Origin: Camelus ferus
Lineage: Eukaryota
Reading direction: 5' to 3'
Assembly: GCF_009834535.1 (NCBI RefSeq)
Contig: NC_045698.1
Location: 68,510,001-68,574,000, forward strand
Length of the DNA: 64,000 nucleotides
Notes under the pieces: generated by a model
Databases searched by the model: none
What the model saw: the letters and a program-made list of their open reading frames with translations, nothing else
What the model was told of the DNA's origin: nothing
Made by a program: the position numbers and the translations under genes
Shown: positions 13,827 to 23,585 of the stretch, piece by piece
Layout of the letters: each line of letters opens with the position of its first letter
Position numbering within the stretch: the stretch's first letter is position 1

Positions 13827-13917
13827 CTATGATATACCTGGTATAGGTACACCATATGCTATACCTACTATAGGTATATCATAGGACGTAGAAATACAGT
13901 CCTATGAGGACATAGGA
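13827..13917. repeat. Cluster of overlapping inverted repeats
   Basis: ctatgatatacct / aggtatatcatag (13 bp perfect), cataggac / gtcctatg (8 bp), tcctatg / catagga (7 bp). Confidence 0.9.
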
Positions 13918-14829
13918 TGACTTGTCAGATTAAACAAGTGCCTGCCTCCAACATTAAATACACTGTTTCAGCAGATCTCAATAATTATTAACAAGCTATA
14001 AATAGGCTCTATTTTTATTATAACATTATTAATAATCTTAGGCAAATATAGGATGTCATGAGTCTAGTTATTGGAATCTTGAAAAAGTAACTTAGAGTTG
14101 TCTATGGTATAATTCAGGGTTGGGAAGATAGAAACACTTTGTTTCAAAGAAATTCCTATAAAATACCCAGAGGTGTAGCCAATTTTTATTCACCCTTTAA
14201 AATATTATATATAATTCAAAACAGAAATTTAAGGACTGAGTTCAGAAGTGACATCTAAAGGTGGGATAGGAAGCCAGGGCCACACCAGGGATCAGGACCA
14301 AGTCTGGCTCCTGGCAATCCATTTAGCATGGTTCCCTTCTTATTACTATCTATGATCTTTTGCAGACTCTCAAACAACTACAGTCCTTCCTCTCTCTGAG
14401 TGACCGCTGACTTCTGCAGCCCCAAATACTGCCTTTCCTTTGGGCTGTTTTGTAATCAGGAGTGTCTGAGTCAGCACAGCTACCTGTGAGCTGGTCCCTT
14501 GGAAGTCAAATTTCCTACCCTTGGCTTCCAGCTTCATCCTTCACTAATGTAGACTCAGCTTACTCATTAGTGAGAAGAGATGATATTAACTAAAGACTAC
14601 TAAAAAAATAAGTCCTTTATGTAAAAGATTTACCAGTACACATAGCCCAGGGCAAACTTTCAGCAACAGAAGAAATTATGTTCTTTTTAATATCTCAAAA
14701 ATAATTCAGGGATGATTTGAAAGTCTTATTTGAGTATGGCTTTCACACACAAAAAAGTGGGTTTTGTGTTAATTGCCTATCATGAGCTCAAAAAAAAAAA
14801 AATCCTAGAAGTGTATAATGTATTATAGG

Positions 14830-15670
14830 AGGAGATGGAAAGTATTACAAGGAGGTTGATATTTAAATTGGATTTTGAGCGATGTGCAAGAGTATGCCAT
14901 ATTAAAGGAATGAAAGATGGAGTGTAGAAAGAGAACAAACAGTTATTTGCAGGCGTGAGTGAATTTGGTTCTGTTTAGGAATTACTCTTAGGGATTGATG
15001 CATGGATTTCTGAGCAAGAGCGAGAGAACAAACTGAGAAGGGAAAGAAAGGTTCTTGGGACTAGACGATGGAGGGTTTCACTAAAGAGGTTAAAAAGTCT
15101 TGAATTTGTCAGAAGGTTGATGGTGTTATAAACAAGGGATGGATGTAATCAGCTTTGTCTTTGAATCTGCTTCTGTGTGAGAATGGAGTCACAGGGTCAG
15201 GGAGACCAGCACAGAAGATCTTATAGTTGTCCCAGTGAAAGATTATAGTATCTCAGATTATTTTAGTGTCAAAGGGGTTGGAGACAAATCTGTGTAGTCA
15301 AGAGGTATACAGTTATAATTCATGACATTATATTCTTTGTAGGGACTGAAGAAAATAGATGACAGCATTTTGGCCTTAGTAACTAGGTGGATGATGATAC
15401 TATTTGTTAAGAGAGGAAACATAGAAGATGAACATGGGTAGAAATGTGGGGGGGGGTATTTACCTTTAAATACTTTACATTTGCCAATTAGCAGTTGTCT
15501 GTCTGAGTGTGGACGTGAGGAAGCATTTCCAGGTTGAAAGATCACCTTAAAGGTGTTGGTATAAAGAGACCACTGACAGCTGGAATGGAGGAGACAGCCT
15601 GCAGAGGGCACGCAGCAGCAGAAGAGCCGAGGACGGGCCGCAGCCCACCTGTACTTCGTGCCCTGCACAG
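14830..15670 (-). mobile_element. L2 fragment
   Basis: Purine-rich L2-like sequence (gaaagatcacc, gagaagatcttatagttgtccc). Confidence 0.65.
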
Positions 15671-16997
15671 TACACCTGCATGAGGTAGATATTCCACAAG
15701 TCCTGATTAAGATTCGATAAGAATGAATAAAACCCTCTCATTTTAAGGGTCTTCTCAGTGCAAAGATAAACTTCCGCAAATTTAAATTTTTAACGTTGGG
15801 CTTGATCTGCTCTGTCCCTGCTGTGTAGCAGTTAGCTGGCAGTGGCCTGACTTCCTGCCATGGTTCTAGGGGATGGGCACTGAGGCTCTTTCCTTGTGTC
15901 CTGGGACACAAGATCTGGCAATGGGTACCTCTGGGAATGGCCAGTCAGAGAAAATGTGTCCTCTTAAAAATAATAAGCTTCTCATAGACATTATTTGAGC
16001 TTAATAGGAGCTTCCTGAATTAATGGGTACCTGAGAAAATCTCTTTTGCTTTTTGGGTACTGGAGTGATGGTACGAGAAAAGTAGAAAGAATGAATAGAT
16101 TGAAATTCATGGAAAACAGAGGAAAATTAAATTACATGAGACAGAAATGACAAAGTAGATAAGTCCCTCAGACTGCAAACAAAATGTTAACCATTGCCTT
16201 TGAGGCTGTCCATGTTTGAGTGATATTGATACCCTTATCATAACAACAACATAAATATGTAGTTGGAATGCAATGCTAAGTCGCACATTAAATTTAATCA
16301 TCATTCATATTACCTATGTATTAAAGTCTTAAAAAATGTTAGAAACTCATTAATATTTAAATACTGCCGGGTTTTATACATCAACCCAGGACATATGTGA
16401 CCTTGTATCCTATCAGAATTACACCTTCCCACGTGATTGTATCCTTCTGACCTGACTCTGCAGCAGAAGACCTCCTTCAAGAAGTCTTTCTCTAAAACAT
16501 CACTAAGCAGTGTGATCAGACACATCACCTACTGAAGGTAGGTTTCCTCACTGAATCACCTATTTGGCACCTCAGACTCCCAGGTGCCCTGAAGTGTAGC
16601 TTTGAAATGGTAGGTGACATTCTGCCGCTTACTGTGTTTTCACACAAGGCAGCCCTTGATCATGTTGTCACTTCACATGAAGAGACTCAGATGGAGAGGA
16701 GGTTGACTTTTGCTGCCTTCTCAGAAATGAACAAAGAAGTTCTCTCTGGGAGAGTCAGATCTGGAATTTTCTAACTTGATTGAGCAATATTTCACCGGGC
16801 TGCAAGGCGACCATATGCCACACACTTTCCAATTGCCTTTAGACTTGCTAAATGCATTTATAGACTGAGAACGAGCACTAGGAAAAATGTGGTAGATGAA
16901 ATGAAGTTTTTTTTTTTTCACACTGCCCCTTTTATTATTGTGTTATAAAAACCCAGGCTCAAAACAGATTGAGGTATATTTATCTTTTAATGAAAAT

Positions 16998-17575
16998 CGC
17001 CGGGAGGTTTGAAGTCAAATATTCTTATCTTTTTCTCCTGTCTCCAATGCATGACTCGTTCGCACTGCTGACCTAGCAGTACGGTCCTAGCGGGAGCTAC
17101 AATGATATTGTGGACTGACTTCCTTCAGAAGGGACTTTTAAAGGCGGCAAAGAAGCCAGCGTGCCCCCTTTTAAGCGCCACTGTCCAAGGCTGTGCACGT
17201 CGACTTTTCTGGAGCGCAAAGGGCAGCAAAGTTCAGGGGCGCGTGTGCAGCTGAGAGGAGCAAGTTCTCAGGCCGTGGTCAGGAAGCTGGCCTCAGCCGC
17301 CCCAGGGGCTCTGTGCAACACGAACGGGCTCGAGGACTTACCTGAACTGCAGGTGTGGGAGGCCGTGCGTGTCTACAGCTCCGGGTCCTTTCCTGCCACG
17401 CAGGCGGTGCTGCCGCGAGCAGCGGTGGAGCGACCAGCGGCTCCTCCCCGCCGGGCCCCGCCCCGCCCGGCCGAGCACCGCCCCTTCCGGTTGCCTGCCA
17501 GGCCTCCTGACGCAGAGACGGGCTCTCAGACGCTTGCTTAGTATGAGTGCTCTTCCCAGTTGTTTCCTCCCTCGA
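16998..17575 (-). promoter_or_regulatory. Small orphan CpG island with promoter architecture (GC boxes, ETS, CRE-like site)
   Basis: About 41 CpGs counted by hand in about 580 bp, core 17160-17535. GC boxes at 17446-17484, CCGGAAG (minus) at 17484-17490, TGACGCA at 17508-17514. Confidence 0.75.
17336..17344 (-). promoter_or_regulatory. Consensus 5' splice donor CAG|GTAAGT ending a putative non-coding first exon
   Basis: Plus strand acttacctg; perfect U1 complement about 100 bp downstream of the GC boxes on the minus strand. Confidence 0.6.
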
Positions 17576-19059
17576 TTTTACTTCTTAAGTAAACTAGTGG
17601 GCAAATAACTGGTACTTCTTTTGTTTTTAGTTCCTTCCTGAATTTCAAATTTCGTAACAGTGAAGAGATTGGTTCTTGGTACTGGGAAGGGTGAAATCGA
17701 GGAAAGAAGAAAAAGTAAATAAGGGAATGGCGTTTAAAGCAAGATTGTTATCAGTCAGCATTTCAACAGATACATGTAAAAAGAGCACTCTGGGGAAATA
17801 CAGTAATTTAATGTCAAAATGATTGTAATTTTATGCCTAAATACCTCAACATGAAAGGAACTCTCTTAATCTTAATTAGGGATAGGTGGGGGCATTTTAA
17901 TTTTTTCCCACTAACTACATAGCTCCTGGAACGAATTGCCTTCCAAGAACAATAGATAATGGAAAAACACAGTTGCATCCTACGTTCTGGAGAGCATAAA
18001 TAACATTGCACTGAATTCTCGACTCTGAACTGGAGCAGCATCTCAATCCAGCTGGTAGTAACTAAATGTCCTGTATCTATCAATTCAAATGGAAGGCTTT
18101 ACATTTTCCTCTATTACTGTACAGTCACTTCCTATGAATGAACTATATGCAAATGGCAAAGCAAGCTTGAAGAACCGATTTGGCCAAGTTATTTTTAATC
18201 TATTACCCCTGAATGAAAGCCTCAATCAAATTGTGTGCAGCTTAACATTTAAGGGTTTTTGTAAACTGGTGAAACAAATGTATCTTCTATGTGGATGTGC
18301 TTGTCAGGGACTACCCTACTCCTGCTCTCCCTTTCTAATGGTTCACAGAGCCACTTAGCATCCAGCCAGGGATGGCTGAACAAGCTTGCCTAAATTTGAA
18401 CTCTTCTCCACTCACTTGAGATGGGCAGACCCTCTCCCACCAAAACCTACTGGAGTGTCCCCAAAACTAAGCATTGTCTGAAGAAAAGGGGGTTTCTGGA
18501 AAAAAAATTTAATACATTTTCTTTTCCTCTTCTTTATTTTTCCCTATTCTAAGAAATACTCTAACTTAAAGTCAATTTGGCCATGAAAATTATGTTCATC
18601 GTTGGATTTGGTTGATCAAATTTTGAGCTGCAGCAATTTGTGGTATGAGAGCTAGCTAATGCTGCATGAAAGAAACAGTTAAGCAACTTCTCGAGGGAAT
18701 ACAAAGGGGACAGAAAGGATCTAGTCAACATTAACTGATGGTTAATAATTAACTCATTTTCACATTATTAAGGTTCTTACCATTTATTAAATGTCAAACA
18801 CTACAGTGAGAAGATGATTTCAGACTTCAAGTATTTCCATCATTAATTACCATCTTTTTGTAGAACCAAATACATCCTCAAATGTGACTATAATTTTAGG
18901 TCATTTTAGGAAATTAAAACAAAACAAAACAAATTCTGCAATTAATCTATAAACACTAACAATGCTAAAAGGCACTCTGACTTCAGAGATATTAGAGTAT
19001 TTAAATATCTACGCCTTGGAATCAAGAAAACACAGTAATTAAATAATCCATCCAACTGA

Positions 19060-19420
19060 AAGTATCACAGAACTACTACGTGGCAGGTACTGTGAGAGGC
19101 ACTCTAATCATAACACATGGAACCAAGACAATACAATCTCTGTCCCCAAGCTGTCAACAGTTTGCAGATTCAGTAAGTAATGACAATAAAGTTTGACAGT
19201 GCTTTGATGGGGGAAATAAAGATTGATGTTTGAGCTGAGACCCAAATGATAAATAGATGCTAGTCAGATAATATGTAGTGGGGGCCAGGCAGGGGTTTCT
19301 AAGGAGCTGACCAGAGGAAATAGAAAAAAGGATGGCCCATAAGGTGTAAGTGTCAAGAATGTGATTAAAGAGACAAAAAGATACAAGTTCCCGAAGGGCT
19401 AATAAGGTGAGAGTAATGGA
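19060..19420 (-). mobile_element. L2 fragment
   Basis: ctactacgtggcaggtactgtgagaggcact...gagctgagacccaaatga. Confidence 0.65.
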
Positions 19421-19734
19421 AAACCACATTTAGATCTATAATAGTTATCATTTAATACAGTCAAGGTCCTAGTCATGCTAAGTGCAAATTCTCCCTGAGA
19501 TACCCTTTTTCCTTTGAAGTGAATGGAATTAAATATTGGTGGTAAGGAAACTATTTAAACGGAGGATCAACCTGTAAGTAACAGAACTTTTTGACTTGAG
19601 ACTTAGAGATGTGCACATGGAATACCCTGTCTTGCCCCAGGCAGAGAAATTTCTGCTTTGCATCTGGAAAGCTGGAGGCAGGATATCATCTGAAAATTAT
19701 TCTTCCATCGGAGTATTCCAACAGACAGGATTTA

Positions 19735-19960
19735 AAAATTGTACATTCATGCAATAGAATACTAAATAGCGGTGAAAATAACTCAAATGCTGCTACATGC
19801 ATTAAAATAAATATAGCCCATACATATCATGCTTGGCGAAAAATCCATTGGTAAAATGATATATAAAGTATGATTCTACTTTTACTGAGATTCAAACCAT
19901 GTGTAACAAACTATATATGGTTTAATGATATAAACATGCAGTAAAATTATCATGGAAAAT
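19735..19960 (+). mobile_element. Old L1M (L1MC/L1ME-like) 3' UTR fragment
   Basis: tacattcatgcaatagaatactaaatagcggtgaaaa... similarity. Confidence 0.6.
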
Positions 19961-20399
19961 CCGGGGTTTTATATTCTGTTTTGTTATGAACGTATGTTAA
20001 TATATGTTAATGTTTCTACTAACAAAGAAGGTTATTCCTTACAAGAACTACTCCCTTAGCAACAGCGCTAATATCTAGTGCCCTTAGTGCACAGTATATC
20101 ACAAAGTCTTCTCACCATTAAAATTATTTTCCATTAATTATGACATCTGAGCATATCTAAGTATCAGACTCTATGAAGCCATTATTCTTCTCTCTGGTTA
20201 ACAGATTGAAAATCAGAGATTTCACAGCAAATAAGTGCAGGAGCCAGGACAAGACCAGCTCTTTTGTCTATAGCCCTGGGATGCTTCCCACATAGGCATA
20301 ACCTGTTATTGACTGTGAAAGTCCCTACAATTTATCAAAGAAAGACTGTCTGGGGCTGTGCTCTCCACGTCAATAGTCATTAGCTCTCTGTTGCTATCG

Positions 20400-22800
20400 A
20401 ACACTTTAACAGTTGTTCAGGAAAATCTATGAGTTCAGTATTTGGGGAGGCATCAACCTATGTGTCCCTGATATATTTTTTTTTCCCAGCCAGGGACCTG
20501 ATTTTGATAAAACAAGCTTCTTTGGTTGAGAGTTCTACCTTCTTTGCAGCTGGACTATTCAGATGATTCGGTTTGGGGCCTGATCCTCAGATGTCTCTGC
20601 TTTCTCACTTCAGGGGAAGAATGTATCTGTGTGAGTTCCCAAGGAGTCCTTTTATCTTTTATATTACTTTTCAACTGCCTGTTAATTAGCAATCATTTTT
20701 CATTATGTTTTTCTAGGGTACCAGTTTGGTGCCTAACAATACCCATTCAATTCTACTGTCCTTTAAATGACCATTGCCCCTCTAGCTATCACATGGCGTT
20801 AGGACACCACCTGAGTTCACTGAGTGAGGAGAGAGCCTAAGGCAGTGTAGGCTGCACACTTGAGCCACATGAATAGGTGACCCACAATGCATATTAACCA
20901 CTTCTACTGAACTATTGTTTGTCCCTCAGCTGGTATCTATGACCTCCTTGGGGGGGCCCTGTGACTGAATGACAGACAGGGAAAATTATGGTCTGGCTCT
21001 TATATGGGTCAGCTTAATAGTTTGATGTAAGTGGAAAATGTCCACCTGCTGTCCTTCAGCCCAGTCTAGGTGTGGTCCTACAGGACAGTGGTGAGAGAAG
21101 ACCCTCCCAGGGAGCAAAGCTGGGAGTAGTATCCTTGGTCCTTCACTTTGTTGAGTTGGATAGACAAAGACTGAAAGACAGAAAATAGGACGTCTGGAAT
21201 ATTATATGCAGATGGACTTGGGAGAAGACACAAAATTTGTGGATTATTGTGTGTCTCACATTAACATCTGACAGAGACATATAGCCCCTCTCACTGAAAA
21301 GAATTTCAACTGCTAGGTGGACAAGATGGCCCATCCTGCTAATGTCAGTCAGCTCATTTCTCAGCTGGCACAATGTTTGAACAATGGGCTGTTGAACAGA
21401 TTGTCCATAGTGGCTGAGATGGAATTATGTGTCGACTGAAAAAAACACACAGCCTTAAAGTTGAGAGTTAGTTTTCTTTGGCGGACATTTCTGAGAACCT
21501 AAGCCTGGGATGCAGCCTCTTAGATCCCTCTAAGAGGGGGCTCGGAAGAGACAAGGGAGGAGCCAGGTATATGAGTTTTGGCAACCAAAACCAAGTAGTG
21601 GGAATATCAAAAGATTACTGTTAATTAAAGAAAAGCAGGTAACTCAAGTTAAGGAATTAGGGTTTTTCTGTGTATGGGAAGGTGCAAAATTCTGGGCTTA
21701 CTGAAATTCTTCCTTTGATATGCACCATACAACAATTTAATCTCACCAGAAATGACATAGTCCTGGATATGGATTTGCTTTTCCACGCACAGTGCCAACC
21801 ATACCATCCAGGCTCTTACAAATCCCTAATTCATTGGAATGGGATCTTGCAAATTTCCTCAGACTAACAAGACAATTTTACGGCAAAAATGGTGAGGCAA
21901 TGGATGAATGTAAAGTACCATTACCATGGAATCTACTTGCATCTTTATATACCTTATCACCACAAAGTGCCAAACTAATATGATAATGGAACTACCTCTT
22001 AACTGCTCAGTAAAATGACAGCTCAGAGCCAAGACACCATGCAGGTTTGGTATGCTGTCCATTAAAATGTGCAATATCCGTTAAACTTATGGCCATTATA
22101 TGGTGCTATGTCCCCAATATCTAGAATATCAGTCCCATAACCAACTAATAAAAGTACCATTGGCTACTCTTCCTATTACTCCTGTCAATCCATCCTGGAG
22201 ATTTGTGCTTCATGGAGTCACAATTTAGACTCTGCTAGATCATGTCTTGATTTCTACTGGGGGGATGTTTCTTCCAGGGGACACAATAAAGATCTCAAGT
22301 GAACTAGAACCTAAAATTACCCCCTCATCCAATTGGGCTGCTCATGCCAATGGGCCAGTAGGAAGGAAGGAGGTTTTCATGCTGGCAGGGTATTGGCACT
22401 GATCATGACAAAGAGTTAGCGAGGGTGCTATTTGCTAGTTAAAGGGGAGGGCATGTCTGGGACCAGGAAGACTCACTGCTTGGCTCTTGGTGCTTCAGGG
22501 CCCAGAAATAAATCTGAGTGACACTTGCAGCAATCAAGGTCCACTACAGACAAGTCAACTAAGTGCTCAGACTCCTTGAAGATTTGAGTCTCCCCCTAGG
22601 CAAGAATGCCACACCAGCTGAAGTGATGGAGCTTTAAGAAAGAGATAATGTACACCGATTATGGCTTGCAATGATTTACAGATGGTGGGACTATAGCTGC
22701 CAAGCTAACCCTCTTATATAAACTCTTCTGTAAAGTTTACAGCCAACTAACAAATTGGAGAGTTGGTTATGGAGGGCACAAGCCTCTGCATGTGGTACAC
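20400..22800 (+). mobile_element. Highly decayed ERVL-class internal (pol RNase H/integrase-like) remnant
   Basis: Segments such as ggacagtggtgagagaagaccctcccagggagcaaagctgg and aggtggacaagatggcccatcctg resemble ERVL pol consensus; no open frame; boundaries approximate. Confidence 0.7.
21430..21728 (-). mobile_element. Truncated ERV1-type LTR inserted into the ERVL remnant
   Basis: tgtcgactgaaaaaaa...aagattactgttaattaaagaaaa...gatatgcacc matches a common laurasiatherian LTR in reverse orientation. Confidence 0.7.
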
Positions 22801-23237
22801 TGGAAGGACTATATTAAACACCTTGTGTAGTACCTTATTTCTTCTCTGCCTCACCTCTCATTCCAGTCACTAATTCAGCAAAAAATATTGTGCAGACAGT
22901 GCCTCCTGTCACGCGAGCATTGCCTCTCTTGCATACTGCTCAGGTCCTTTTCTAGCATATGCTTTGGGACACCTGTGGGAGCTAGCTTACAATTCATATG
23001 TGCAACTCAGAAGTTCAGGGGGTTTATGACTCATAAAGAAACTCTCAAGGGGAGATTGTGTCTGATGGATAATTGCTTCCCCTTTACATCCCTTGAATCC
23101 TGAGATCCTTATCATAAGTTTCCTCAGATAGTCCAAGTGGGATTGCGTACTCAGTATTCACAGAAGCTGTCAGTTTAAAAACACATCTTTATAGAAGCTT
23201 TCTTTCCTTCTCTGGTACACCTTCCCTGTAGCTTAGC

Positions 23238-23406
23238 CCACTCAGTCTGCTATAACCAAATATAATAGGCCAGGTGGCATACAAACAACAAACATTTATT
23301 TCTGCCCATTCCGGAGACTGGGAAGTCCAAGATCAAACCACCAGCAGCCTGGTGTCCTGTGAGGGCCTGTCTCCCGGTTCAAGGTCAGCCATCTTCTTGC
23401 TGTGCC
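23238..23406 (-). mobile_element. MaLR (MLT1-type) LTR fragment, truncated by a gap
   Basis: aacaacaaacatttatttct...ctgggaagtccaagatcaa...gccatcttcttgctgtg is typical of MLT1. Confidence 0.8.
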
Positions 23407-23585
23407 NNNNNNNNNNNNNNNNNNNNNNNNNNNNNNNNNNNNNNNNNNNNNNNNNNNNNNNNNNNNNNNNNNNNNNNNNNNNNNNNNNNNNNNNNNNNNN
23501 NNNNNNNNNNNNNNNNNNNNNNNNNNNNNNNNNNNNNNNNNNNNNNNNNNNNNNNNNNNNNNNNNNNNNNNNNNNNNNNNNNNNN
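23407..23585. other. Assembly gap (179 N)
   Basis: Run of n. Confidence 1.

Noticed and set aside
15258-15668. 136-aa minus-strand ORF
   Set aside because: Lies in a decayed L2; no protein similarity recognised.
17170-17197. REST/RE1-like (ccttggacagtggc) and CTCF-like (agggggcac) half-motifs in the island
   Set aside because: Only half of each consensus matches, and key positions are wrong.
17161-17541. 126-aa plus-strand ORF (GTG start; Pro/Arg/Ala-rich) and the 79-aa ORF at 17369-17608
   Set aside because: By-products of the GC-rich island having few stop codons; no recognisable domain, and promoter and donor polarity favour the minus strand.
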